DNA of 44,920 bases from an uncultured Bacilli bacterium (GTDB lineage Bacteria; Bacillota_I; Bacilli_A; RF39; UBA660). Below the pieces are notes generated by a model. It made no database searches. It saw only the letters and a program-made list of their open reading frames with translations, and was not told the origin of the DNA. The translations under genes were made by a program, and so were the position numbers. Positions 8,312 to 17,585 of the stretch are shown here, in pieces. Numbering within the stretch: the stretch's first letter is position 1; each line of letters starts with the position of its first letter. The stretch lies in NCBI GenBank assembly GCA_944329395.1, contig CALVIF010000001.1, positions 1-44,920 of the forward strand, read 5' to 3'.

Positions 8312-9982
8312 CTAACGACCTCCAGCTGATCCTCCACCTCCAGAAAAACCACCTGAAAAACCGCCTCCGCCGCCAGAAGAAAATCCTCCTCCACCAGCCG
8401 AATAATTTTCTGCCGCACTTCTAGCACTACTTGCTGCAGATACACTACTTACAGATAAATCATTTATAAAAATTATCGTACTATAATCAAAATCTAAATC
8501 TTTTATTACATCAGGATATAAATGTTCCAACTGCTTAGCAACTTTATCAGCCATTCCAAATAAATATGCAAACATCAAATATTCATCCCAAATATGAACA
8601 TCCATAACTTCCTTAGTATTCATATTTGAAAATTCCTTCAAATAAAGTTTTAAACCATACAATTTAGAACTATCATTATATATTTTTTCATTCATAACAT
8701 TCTTTTTCTTGCATTCCTGTTTATTCTTTCTTTTATAAATATAACCATCTAATTTCAACTGTTGAATTTTTTCATCTACAATTCGTTTAAATATTCCAAA
8801 AAATTTTGAATAATTTTTTCTACACCATTTTTCAAGTTCTTTAGGCTCTAATATACCATCATTTGATGCCTCATACATTATATCAAATATCTCTTTTTCA
8901 TATTTATTATCAAAAACAGGTTTATCTGTCAAATCTATCATACTAGTTTTTTTATTAAATAATCCTTTTTCTTCATTCTTAAACTTAATTTTTCCTTCTT
9001 TTACCCATTTAAGAATAATCGCACCAAATATATTACTTTCCTTATAATCAAAATTATTTAATTTTATCAAAGCATTAGCATAATATATATCTTTATTACA
9101 AGGAATTTCTCTAAACATAGGTGTATTTTTCTTATTTATAATCTTATTATTAATATAACCATAACCATCACTACTAGCAACTATAAAAATAATTAGAAAA
9201 ATAAATACTGGAAATAAAAAAGATATAAAAGAAAAGAAAATTGCAAAAAAATCAAATTTATCATTAGTCCCATAATCATACTGAAAACTACCCTCTTCGG
9301 CAACTTTAAATACATCATCAAATGTATTATATCTATCATCAATATTACTAGTCCTAAAAGTATTTAGCGGAAATTTTACAAGCACTGATACATAATTATC
9401 ACTCAAACTACCTTCCGTACTAAGTTTTATTATTCCATCTTCAACGTAAGCATACCCCTTATAACCATATCCCCAAACATCTAAATTATCAGAAAATTGA
9501 TAATAACTAGATATCTCGGCACTAAAATAATCAACATTAGCTTTTGGATATATTACCCACGCAAGAACTTGACTATCTTTTGTATTAAATACATAATTTG
9601 ATAAAGAATAAGTAATAACAAACGTATGCCTATTATAATCCCCCTTACCAAAACACAACTCTATACCATTAGAAGTATTATTTATACCATAATTACCTTT
9701 TTTTTCTTGTAATGAAGCACTTGTATTCCAATTAATATAACTCAATTCTTCGCCATCCATTGTTACTTTATAATTAGAAATCTCTGAATTATTAAGTTCA
9801 TACATAGACTTATACCATTCAGAACCACTATCAGCTTCAACATCCCAAACTTCTTTAATATTAGCAGTACCATCTTCTAAAATATTGATATCCATTTTAA
9901 CACTATAAATACTATCAGCAAAAACTGGTAAAGGAATAAAAAATAATACTAATATAAGTAAAAATAATATATTTTTCTTCAT
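8312..9982 (-). CDS. DUF2207-family membrane protein
   Basis: Signal peptide, central TM segments and a Gly-rich tail ..GGGGFSSGGGGGFSGGFSGGGGSAGGR. It is adjacent to LemA, as is usual for this family. Confidence 0.75.
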   Translation of the reverse strand: MKKNILFLLILVLFFIPLPVFADSIYSVKMDINILEDGTANIKEVWDVEADSGSEWYKSMYELNNSEISNYKVTMDGEELSYINWNTSASLQEKKGNYGINNTSNGIELCFGKGDYNRHTFVITYSLSNYVFNTKDSQVLAWVIYPKANVDYFSAEISSYYQFSDNLDVWGYGYKGYAYVEDGIIKLSTEGSLSDNYVSVLVKFPLNTFRTSNIDDRYNTFDDVFKVAEEGSFQYDYGTNDKFDFFAIFFSFISFLFPVFIFLIIFIVASSDGYGYINNKIINKKNTPMFREIPCNKDIYYANALIKLNNFDYKESNIFGAIILKWVKEGKIKFKNEEKGLFNKKTSMIDLTDKPVFDNKYEKEIFDIMYEASNDGILEPKELEKWCRKNYSKFFGIFKRIVDEKIQQLKLDGYIYKRKNKQECKKKNVMNEKIYNDSSKLYGLKLYLKEFSNMNTKEVMDVHIWDEYLMFAYLFGMADKVAKQLEHLYPDVIKDLDFDYSTIIFINDLSVSSVSAASSARSAAENYSAGGGGFSSGGGGGFSGGFSGGGGSAGGR

Positions 9983-10042
9983 TTAAACTACTCCTTTTAA
10001 ATAATTAAAGAAAAAGACTCCAAAAGTCTAATTAATTTTATA

Positions 10043-10594
10043 TTAAAATTTAACCTTTGGTGTCTCTTTTTCTTTTTCATCAATTTTAAAATATTCAAAT
10101 TTTTTAAACCCAAACATATTCGCAATAATATTTGATGGAAACATTTCAACAACATTATTAAAATTCATTGCTGAATCATTATAAAATTGTCTTGCATAAG
10201 TAATCTTATCTTCTGTTTCAGTCAAATCATTTTGTAACGACATAAAATTTTCATTAGCCTTTAAATCAGGATATGCTTCAGATAACATAAGTAACTTATT
10301 CAATGCTCCAGTAAGTTCATTATTAGCTTCAACTTTTTCATTAACTGTACTAGCACTAACAGCCTTATTTCTTGCCTCAATAACTTTAGTTAAAGTTCCC
10401 TCTTCATGTTTAGCATAACCTTTTACTGTTTCCACTAAATTTGGTATTAAATCAGCTCTTCTTTTTAACTGAATATCTACTTGACTAAATTGATTTTCAA
10501 CTTTATTTCTAGAGTTAACCAACTTATTATAAGTAGAAATTACATAAAATATTAATAAAACTAACACAATACCTAAAATAATAAAAATTGACAC
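10043..10594 (-). CDS. lemA: LemA family protein
   Basis: N-terminal TM plus ..YNKLVNSRNKVENQFSQVDIQLKRRADLIPNLVETVKGYAKHE... GTG start with AGGAGG 8 nt upstream. Confidence 0.85.
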   Translation of the reverse strand: MSIFIILGIVLVLLIFYVISTYNKLVNSRNKVENQFSQVDIQLKRRADLIPNLVETVKGYAKHEEGTLTKVIEARNKAVSASTVNEKVEANNELTGALNKLLMLSEAYPDLKANENFMSLQNDLTETEDKITYARQFYNDSAMNFNNVVEMFPSNIIANMFGFKKFEYFKIDEKEKETPKVKF

Positions 10595-10691
10595 AATACC
10601 ATCCTCCTAAAATCATTATATATCAACTTCATGAAAATTACTAGTACTTCCTATTTACATTTTAATTATTATACAAATTTCTAATATATAA

Positions 10692-11525
10692 TTACTTATT
10701 TTTTAAATTCACAACAACAAGCTCAGGTCTATTATTAATTCTAAAAGGTATTATACTATTTCCAATTCCTCTACTTACAATCATATTAGTATTATCCTCT
10801 TTAAATAAACCGCTTGTATATTTAGGAAAAAAACCTTGATTAGGTGCTACAAAGCCACCAACAAACGGTATTCTAAACTGACCACCATGTGCATGACCAC
10901 ATAATACTAAATCAATATTATTATCTACATACACACTAAAAACTTCAGGCCTATGTGATAAAAGTATTGAAAAATTTTCGTTATCATACTTACTAATTTC
11001 TAACTGTTTTTTAATAATTTCACTATCATCAACATAAATTTCACTTGAATTTTGTGGATCATTTATACCAATTATATTAATTTTACTATCTCCACGCTTA
11101 ATAACATATGTTTCATTTTCTAAAACAATTACACCATATTTCTCTAATAAATTATATAATTTATCATAATCAGAAATTCTTGCCTCATGATTTCCTGTTA
11201 CAAAATATATTTGTGCAACATCATTTATATTCTTTATTAATTCTTCTACTAACCCAATATTAGTTTTCCTAGAATCAATCAAATCCCCAGTTATAACAAT
11301 AATATCCGGTTTTACATCCTTAATTTTATTTATTAAATTTTCTCTTAGTCTTTTTGAACTATCATTATGATAATCTGATATTTGAACAATTTTATAATTA
11401 TTAAACTCAAAAGGAATCTTATTACTTGCTATATTATAACTAACTACTTCTAAATTTTTGTTCTCATAATAAACATAAAATAATAGTAAGAATAATAAAA
11501 ACAAACAACCTAATTTTTTTAACAC
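10692..11525 (-). CDS. membrane-anchored metallophosphoesterase (YkuE-like)
   Basis: Motifs ..SDYH.., ..TGDLID.., ..GNHE.., ..GHAHGGQ... Confidence 0.8.
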   Translation of the reverse strand: MLKKLGCLFLLFLLLFYVYYENKNLEVVSYNIASNKIPFEFNNYKIVQISDYHNDSSKRLRENLINKIKDVKPDIIVITGDLIDSRKTNIGLVEELIKNINDVAQIYFVTGNHEARISDYDKLYNLLEKYGVIVLENETYVIKRGDSKINIIGINDPQNSSEIYVDDSEIIKKQLEISKYDNENFSILLSHRPEVFSVYVDNNIDLVLCGHAHGGQFRIPFVGGFVAPNQGFFPKYTSGLFKEDNTNMIVSRGIGNSIIPFRINNRPELVVVNLKNK

Positions 11526-11702
11526 ATTACTTCACCAGCCAACATTTAATCATAATCAAAAAATAATTCTATCAAACCATCAAATTTTACTTACATAAAA
11601 TGTTTAAATTTATCTAAATTATATCAATTATAAAAATTATTAACAACTTTTTAATAATATTTTTATAACATTACTATTAATATTATATTGGAGGATAATA
11701 AC

Positions 11703-12641
11703 ATGAACAATATAGACAAAGATTTTTATAATTTAGCAAATAAAATTAATTTAATGACCATTGATGAAATATATTCAAATATTAAAAATAGCTTTCTAAA
11801 ATTAGCAGATGAAACAAAAATATCTATTGAAAACTTCTTTAATAAATTTGACTATTGGGGAAAAATAGATATAAAAAATAATAATTATGAAGCATTAAGA
11901 AAAAAAGCAACAACTCTAAAAGAACACATAAATGATTTTTTAACTCTTTATTCTAACTTAAAAGACTATAAATCAAAAAAATTATTATATGGAATATTAA
12001 CAAACTGGTATAATTATGATTTTCATACCGTTAAAACTTGTTTAGATAATCCATATAAACATTATTTTGATTTAGATATAATACCATATTGTAATAATGA
12101 AGTTTTAGTTGACCTAGGAGCTTATACAGGTGATAGTATAATAGATTATATATCCACATATGGTGAAAATTCATACAAAAATATATATTGCTATGATATA
12201 ACAGATGAAACATTTGCTATCTTAAAAGATAACTTATCAAAATATAAAAATATTATATATAAGAAAAAGGCAGTTAGTGATAAAGTAGATACTCTATATT
12301 TAGAAAAAAACATTGAATCAGCATCTGCCAATAAAGTAAGTAACAAAGGTGATATTCCACTTGATACCACTACTTTAGATATAGATATAGAAGAAAAAAT
12401 AACTATGATAAAAATGGATATAGAAGGTTCCGAAGAAAAAGCCATATTAGGTAGTATCAATCACATAAAAAATGATAACCCTAAATTATTAATTTCAGTT
12501 TATCATAATAATGATCATTTATGGAAAATTCAAAAATTAATAAATGAAATAAATCCAAACTATAATTACTACCTTCGATGCTATGGAAATTGTATATATC
12601 CAACAGAAATAATCTTATTTGCAATTCCTAAAGAAAATTAA
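11703..12641 (+). CDS. FkbM-family methyltransferase
   Basis: Contains ..VDLGAYTGDSIIDY.. and ..IKMDIEGSEEKAILGS... The ATG at 11703 follows GGAGGA. Confidence 0.7.
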   Translation: MNNIDKDFYNLANKINLMTIDEIYSNIKNSFLKLADETKISIENFFNKFDYWGKIDIKNNNYEALRKKATTLKEHINDFLTLYSNLKDYKSKKLLYGILTNWYNYDFHTVKTCLDNPYKHYFDLDIIPYCNNEVLVDLGAYTGDSIIDYISTYGENSYKNIYCYDITDETFAILKDNLSKYKNIIYKKKAVSDKVDTLYLEKNIESASANKVSNKGDIPLDTTTLDIDIEEKITMIKMDIEGSEEKAILGSINHIKNDNPKLLISVYHNNDHLWKIQKLINEINPNYNYYLRCYGNCIYPTEIILFAIPKEN

Positions 12642-12652
12642 GCACCTTAAAC

Positions 12653-12696
12653 AAAAAAAACTTTTGTATTATTAAAAATATCAAAAGTTTTTTATT
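12653..12696. terminator. bidirectional terminator between convergent genes
   Basis: Stem AAACTTTTG / CAAAAGTTT flanked by an A-run and a T-run. Confidence 0.6.
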
Positions 12697-12703
12697 ATAC
12701 AAT

Positions 12704-13114
12704 TTAAATATTTAATAACTCTTTCATATTTTTCAATATCTCTTCAATATTCTTATACGGAATAAGTCTTATTCTTTTATTTCCCCTAATCATAGTTGAA
12801 ACCTTATTGGTATAATTTTCATCATATATTGCAATAATTCTTTTACCAAGCCTATCTGCAAATCCAAGTTCATATCCTACTCCAAGAGAAGGCACACTAA
12901 CCTCAGCAAAAACTATATCGGCTTTTTTTAATTTTTCTTCCAAATCATTATAAATATCCTCATCATTTTGAAAAACTTCATTAGCAATAGTATTTAAATC
13001 AGCTATTTGCTTATTAAGAACTACTCCATTTTTTTCCAATTCACTTATCATCGATTTATAAGTATCAATCTTCTGTGTTCCACCATAAATAGAACCACAG
13101 ACATAAATCAACAT
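12704..13114 (-). CDS. nucleoside 2-deoxyribosyltransferase-like / DNPH1 (Rcl)-type protein
   Basis: Contains ..IYVCGSIYGG.. and ..ADIVFAEVSVPSLGVGYELGFA... ATG 13114 has AGAGGTG 6 nt upstream. Confidence 0.6.
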   Translation of the reverse strand: MLIYVCGSIYGGTQKIDTYKSMISELEKNGVVLNKQIADLNTIANEVFQNDEDIYNDLEEKLKKADIVFAEVSVPSLGVGYELGFADRLGKRIIAIYDENYTNKVSTMIRGNKRIRLIPYKNIEEILKNMKELLNI

Positions 13115-13141
13115 AAAAAACACCTCTATATAAAATATCTC

Positions 13142-13654
13142 TTACTCTTTTACCCCAAAACGATCAAAAGGATAAATTGTAAATCTAGTAGTTCCTTTAA
13201 CTCTATTGAGTGATATAGTTCCAATAATTCTACTATCAATAGAATCAACACGATTATCACCCAATACATAATATTCACCACTAGGAATCTGAATCTCCTC
13301 TATATCATCCGTCCTAGCATGAGAAAAATCTTCTTCAACATATTTACCATTAACATATAATTTATTATCAGCATACTTAATCTTTTCACCAGGTAAACCA
13401 ATAACTCTTTTTATCAAATAATCATCATTATTTTTAATAACAACAATATCAAATCTTTTAATACCATTAAATTTATAACTTATTTCATTTAAAATCATAT
13501 AGTCATTATTATGTAATGTATCCATCATAGATGAACCATTAACTCTAACAGGAGTAATAACAAACATTCTTATTAATAAAATAACAACAATGACAATAAT
13601 ATAAGGAATAAATTCCCTAAAAAAATTATTACTTTTATTGATCACATTACTCAT
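13142..13654 (-). CDS. lepB: signal peptidase I
   Basis: Contains ..VNGSSMMDTL.., ..LIKRVIGLPGEKI.., ..VLGDNRVDSIDSR... Start moved to MSNVINK (GGAGA 7 nt upstream). Confidence 0.9.
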   Translation of the reverse strand: MSNVINKSNNFFREFIPYIIVIVVILLIRMFVITPVRVNGSSMMDTLHNNDYMILNEISYKFNGIKRFDIVVIKNNDDYLIKRVIGLPGEKIKYADNKLYVNGKYVEEDFSHARTDDIEEIQIPSGEYYVLGDNRVDSIDSRIIGTISLNRVKGTTRFTIYPFDRFGVKE

Positions 13655-13736
13655 AATTTCATCTCCATATAATATATAATTCATTATAACATATAAAAAG
13701 TATTATTAATATATTAATAAAAAGAAAAATATTAAA

Positions 13737-13760
13737 TAAAAAAAAGACTAAAAAGTCTTT
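13737..13760 (-). terminator. terminator after rplS
   Basis: Stem AAGACT / AGTCTT plus a T-run on the minus strand. Confidence 0.6.
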
Positions 13761-13765
13761 TAATA

Positions 13766-14107
13766 TTAATTTCTTTCTTTGATACGATAACCGCCAACTT
13801 TATCTTTAAGGAAGTTAAGTTTAGCACGTCTAACAACACCTTTACGAACAACTGTAATAGCTGCAACCTTAGGTGAATGAATTGGGAAAGTTCTTTCTAC
13901 ACCAACACCACTTGATATTTTACGAACTGTAAATGTTTCTGAAACAGAACCACCACGACGAGCAACTACAACACCTTCAAAAGCTTGAATACGTTCTCTC
14001 TTACCTTCAATAATTTTAACATCAACTCTAACCGTATCTCCAACACGAAATTCTGGCACATTAGGATTAATTTGCTTTTCATTAATCTTGTCAATAATAT
14101 TTGCCAT
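13766..14107 (-). CDS. rplS: 50S ribosomal protein L19
   Basis: Full-length match to the L19 pattern (..[25 protein letters not shown]..). Confidence 0.97.
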   Translation of the reverse strand: MANIIDKINEKQINPNVPEFRVGDTVRVDVKIIEGKRERIQAFEGVVVARRGGSVSETFTVRKISSGVGVERTFPIHSPKVAAITVVRKGVVRRAKLNFLKDKVGGYRIKERN

Positions 14108-14214
14108 ATAAAAGTCTCCTCTCTAAATATACTTACAAATGATCATATCAAAAACAAACAGCGGATCATTCCGTTAACATCCAAGATTATATCATAATTT
14201 AATAACATATGCAA
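14108..14214 (-). promoter_or_regulatory. rplS promoter plus a leader of about 75 nt (candidate L19-type autoregulatory leader)
   Basis: TTGCAT (14209-14214)-17 nt-TATAAT (14186-14191) on the minus strand. The leader contains GGATG..GATCC and TGATATGATCA palindromes ahead of the GAGAGGAG RBS. Confidence 0.5.
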
Positions 14215-14229
14215 CTAAAAATAAAACTT

Positions 14230-14703
14230 TTATCTATTCTTACCACTCTTGGCATTATTATCAGACAAAACCAAATAATTTTGTAACTCAATAAGCTGTT
14301 TTTTTGCTTGTTTTTGCAAAATACTTAACTGCTTAGCCATAAAATTAAGTTCTTCTTTTTCCAAAAAAATGCGATACTTATTTTTAATCTCCTGACGAAA
14401 TTTTTCCATTCTAGTTAAAGCTAATTTTATAGAATCACCACTATCATCATCACTAACCAAAAGTTCAGTAACATCCGCTAAAATCTTTTTATATTTTTTT
14501 TCAACAATTTTAATCACGCAAGGATGAATTAAAATTAAATTAAATATTTTAAGATTATTAATTTTTTCATTGCAAATAATAACAACATTATTTTTTGACG
14601 GTAATAAAAAATAAGCTAATTTTTCTAAATCACAAACATTTAAAAATTTTGCCTTAGACGAAATAATTTTATTTTTTTCTATAACGTACACAAAATCACT
14701 CAC
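14230..14703 (-). CDS. hypothetical protein (coiled-coil C-terminal half)
   Basis: The ORF overlaps the trmD stop (GTG start at 14703, or GTG at 14691 with AAGGTGA upstream). No family recognised. Confidence 0.5.
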   Translation of the reverse strand: MSDFVYVIEKNKIISSKAKFLNVCDLEKLAYFLLPSKNNVVIICNEKINNLKIFNLILIHPCVIKIVEKKYKKILADVTELLVSDDDSGDSIKLALTRMEKFRQEIKNKYRIFLEKEELNFMAKQLSILQKQAKKQLIELQNYLVLSDNNAKSGKNR

Positions 14704-15367
14704 CTTTTAAAATATCTGGTCTTCTTTCCTTAGTTCTTTTCAAACTTTCAGCATAACGATAAGCAGCAATTTTTTTATGATCACCAGATAATAAAACCTC
14801 AGGAACCTCCATTCCTTCGTATACTCTAGGCTTAGTATACGTAGGATAATCAAGTAAATTACTATTAAATGAATCATTAACATGTGAACCCTCTTGAATA
14901 ACCCCTGGTAAAAGTCTTACAATCGAATCAATCAAAACCATACTAGCAAGTTCACCACCAGTAAGCACATAATCACCAATACTAATTTCTAAATCACAAA
15001 TAGATCTAATTCGCTCATCAAAACCTTCATAATGACCACAAATAAAGATTAAATGTTCCTCTTTTGCCAAATGATAAGCAATAGATTGCTTATAAACAAC
15101 TCCATCAGGAGTTAATAAAATAACTTTTGTATTATCCCGCTTTAATTTCCGAACGCAATCAAAAATAGGCTGACAAGTTAAAACCATACCATTACCACCA
15201 CCATAAGGAGTATCATCAACTTTATGGTGTAAATCTAAAGAATAGTCTCTAAAATTATGAATAGAAATTTCAACCTTTTTATTTAAAATAGCCCGTTTCA
15301 TTATTGATTCATCAAAAACACCACTAAACATATCAGGAAAAAGTGTCAACACATCGATTTTTAACAT
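14696..15367 (-). CDS. trmD: tRNA (guanine37-N1)-methyltransferase
   Basis: Contains MLKIDVLTLFPDMF.., ..YGGGNGMV.., ..IGDYVLTGGELA... ATG 15367 lies 4 nt after the rimM stop. The stop codon is TGA. Confidence 0.95.
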   Translation of the reverse strand: MLKIDVLTLFPDMFSGVFDESIMKRAILNKKVEISIHNFRDYSLDLHHKVDDTPYGGGNGMVLTCQPIFDCVRKLKRDNTKVILLTPDGVVYKQSIAYHLAKEEHLIFICGHYEGFDERIRSICDLEISIGDYVLTGGELASMVLIDSIVRLLPGVIQEGSHVNDSFNSNLLDYPTYTKPRVYEGMEVPEVLLSGDHKKIAAYRYAESLKRTKERRPDILKGE

Positions 15368-15371
15368 TAAA

Positions 15372-15851
15372 TTACATCCCTTCAATAAGATCTACAATAA
15401 CTTCTTTTCTTTTCTTTGAAATTTCCTTTATCATCGGTGAATTAAAAGGTATTAAAATTTCTCTATCAAATTTAACACGCATAATTTTATAATTTGGTGC
15501 TGAGTAAAATATTTCCTTTATTATCCCACACTTTCCATCAACAGTCAAACAAGAATAATCAAGTAATTCCTCATCTAATACTAAATCACCCAAAGCAATT
15601 TCCTCTTCCATCATATAAACTTTTTTATTTAACAAAAATAATACTTCATTAATATTTTTATAATTATCTAAAGTTATCATATCATATTGCTTATGTTTTC
15701 TATAAGACATAATTTTATATTCTATATCATCAATAATTATCTTTTTTCCAACGCAAAATACCTTCTCCTTAAATTGAAAATTACTAATAATTTTTAATTC
15801 TCCCTTAACTCCATGTGTAGAAACAATTTTTCCAATATATATTCTTTTCAT
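15372..15851 (-). CDS. rimM: 16S rRNA processing protein RimM
   Basis: Contains ..IGKIVSTHGVKGELKI.. and sits upstream of trmD. Confidence 0.9.
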   Translation of the reverse strand: MKRIYIGKIVSTHGVKGELKIISNFQFKEKVFCVGKKIIIDDIEYKIMSYRKHKQYDMITLDNYKNINEVLFLLNKKVYMMEEEIALGDLVLDEELLDYSCLTVDGKCGIIKEIFYSAPNYKIMRVKFDREILIPFNSPMIKEISKKRKEVIVDLIEGM

Positions 15852-15853
15852 TT

Positions 15854-16591
15854 TTATCTCCCTAACTCATAAAGTAAAATACTAGTAGCAATTGCTACAT
15901 TAAGACTCTCAACATTTTTATCCATATCAATATAAAGATTTTTAGTACACATATTTAATATTTGATCACGTACACCATTTCCTTCATTACCAACTACTAA
16001 AGCAAAACGTGATTTCTCTTCACTATTTAAACTTCTAACATCAAAACCATTTAAAACACTTGTCCCATAAACAGGAATTTTTATATTTTGTAACATTGAT
16101 ATAACCTCTATCGCAAAACGATTTACAATATTAATATGTAAAAACATTCCTTGCGTAGCTCTCAAAACTTTAGGATTATATAAATCAACAGTATTTTCAC
16201 TCAATACAATTGTATCAATATGAAAAGCAACAGCACTCCTAATAATTGTTCCTAAATTTCCAGGATCCTGTATACCATCCAAGATTAATATTTTATCACC
16301 TATAATATCATCAGTCTGAATTTTTCTACAAATCCCCATAACATTGCTATGAGTGTCCATTGTTGAAATTTTACACATAACTTCACTAGAAAAATAAGAA
16401 AATGGTCCAGGAACAGGAGCATCGATTCCCTCTTCCAATATTAACTCTTCTAAAACCCCGGTTTTATATGCTTCTAATACTAAATGAAGTCCCTCAACTA
16501 TATACTCACCATATTCATCACGATATTTTTTTTTCTGTAATTTTCGATATTTCTTTACCTTCTCATTTTCCAAACTAGTAATTACCATCAA
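15854..16591 (-). CDS. TrmH/SpoU-family RNA 2'-O-methyltransferase (YsgA/RlmB-like)
   Basis: Contains ..LDGIQDPGNLGTIIRSA.., ..VVGNEGNGV.., ..ESLNVAIATSILLYE... Confidence 0.85.
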   Translation of the reverse strand: MMVITSLENEKVKKYRKLQKKKYRDEYGEYIVEGLHLVLEAYKTGVLEELILEEGIDAPVPGPFSYFSSEVMCKISTMDTHSNVMGICRKIQTDDIIGDKILILDGIQDPGNLGTIIRSAVAFHIDTIVLSENTVDLYNPKVLRATQGMFLHINIVNRFAIEVISMLQNIKIPVYGTSVLNGFDVRSLNSEEKSRFALVVGNEGNGVRDQILNMCTKNLYIDMDKNVESLNVAIATSILLYELGR

Positions 16592-17238
16592 AATTCTTTC
16601 ATCTCCTTTCTATATAACTTATATTCAGGCATATTTTCTTCAACCAAAGCCCAAAAATTATTAGAGTGATCAGCATATATCAAATGCGATAATTCATGTA
16701 CTATAACATAATCCAAATATTTAGTTTCTCTTTTAATTAATTCCAAATTTAAAGTTATAGTTTTAGTCTTTGTATTACAAACTCCCCATCTACTTGTCAT
16801 TTTTCTTATTTTTAACATTGGAAAAGGAATCTTCCTAGAAAACCTTTCATATATTTTATTTAAATGATCTAAAAATATTTTTTGAGCTTGAGATTTATAC
16901 CATTTATCTATATCAAGTTTTTTATTTAAAAAAACTTTTTCATTTCCAAAAGCAATATCACAATATTCAACATAAACTATATCATATTGCTTACCCAAAT
17001 AATTAAATCCTTCATTATTAGCAGCTTTTTTTAATTGTACATTAACCATTTTTACAATTTTTTCATAATTATCCTCAATAAGCTTCTCAATCATCTTATT
17101 ACTTGCATATTTATTAGTAGTAACCGAAATAACTAAATCCTTTTTTACTCTTATATAAGTATTTCTATTACCACTTTTTTTTTCAATTACTACATCATAA
17201 TATTTTCCATCAATATTTAACTTCAAGTTTATCACCAA
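16588..17238 (-). CDS. YgjP-like (DUF45) metal-dependent hydrolase
   Basis: Contains ..RWGVCN.. and ..VIVHELSHLIYADHSNNFWALVEENMPEY... The exact start is uncertain (GTG 17238 or TTG a few codons in). Confidence 0.75.
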   Translation of the reverse strand: MVINLKLNIDGKYYDVVIEKKSGNRNTYIRVKKDLVISVTTNKYASNKMIEKLIEDNYEKIVKMVNVQLKKAANNEGFNYLGKQYDIVYVEYCDIAFGNEKVFLNKKLDIDKWYKSQAQKIFLDHLNKIYERFSRKIPFPMLKIRKMTSRWGVCNTKTKTITLNLELIKRETKYLDYVIVHELSHLIYADHSNNFWALVEENMPEYKLYRKEMKEF

Positions 17239-17332
17239 TAATATTGTACACTAGAAATAAAAAAAAGAAAAGTAACTCAAATATGAATAAAAAAAGAAGA
17301 AAATAAACAACATATAATTAAGGAGGAAAACT

Positions 17333-17557
17333 ATGGATATAAATATTAGAGAACACATAATAAATAATTTTAAAGGTGATGATTACAATACTCTAAAAAA
17401 TGCAATCGATGAATCAGTTGCTTCACAAGATGAAGTAACATTACCAGGGCTTGGCGTCTTTTTAGAAATAATTTGGGAAAATGCAAGTCAAGAATTAAAA
17501 AATGAGTTAATAGAAATTATTAAAAAAAGAGTTGAAAATAAAGAAAAAAATTCCTAA
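17333..17557 (+). CDS. sspI: small acid-soluble spore protein SspI-like
   Basis: MDINIREHIINNFKG....TLPGLGVFLEIIWENASQELKNEL.. follows the SspI pattern (MD.N.R..I..N..G ... LPGLGV..E.IW..AS). It lies next to pheST as in Bacillus. AGGAGGA RBS. Confidence 0.7.
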   Translation: MDINIREHIINNFKGDDYNTLKNAIDESVASQDEVTLPGLGVFLEIIWENASQELKNELIEIIKKRVENKEKNS

Positions 17558-17577
17558 AACAAATTAGGAATTTTTTT
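17551..17577 (+). terminator. terminator of sspI
   Basis: TTCCTAA-AACAAA-TTAGGAA followed by T7. Confidence 0.7.
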
Positions 17578-17585
17578 ATGAATTA

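Noticed and set aside
12031-12460. Two minus-strand ORFs (60 and 89 aa) inside the FkbM methyltransferase gene
   Set aside because: They are antisense shadow frames with low-complexity hydrophobic translations and no RBS.
13007-13213. Plus-strand 68-aa ORF
   Set aside because: It is antisense to the deoxyribosyltransferase-like gene and the end of lepB, so it is a shadow frame.
13985-14197. Plus-strand 70-aa ORF
   Set aside because: It is antisense to rplS and its leader.
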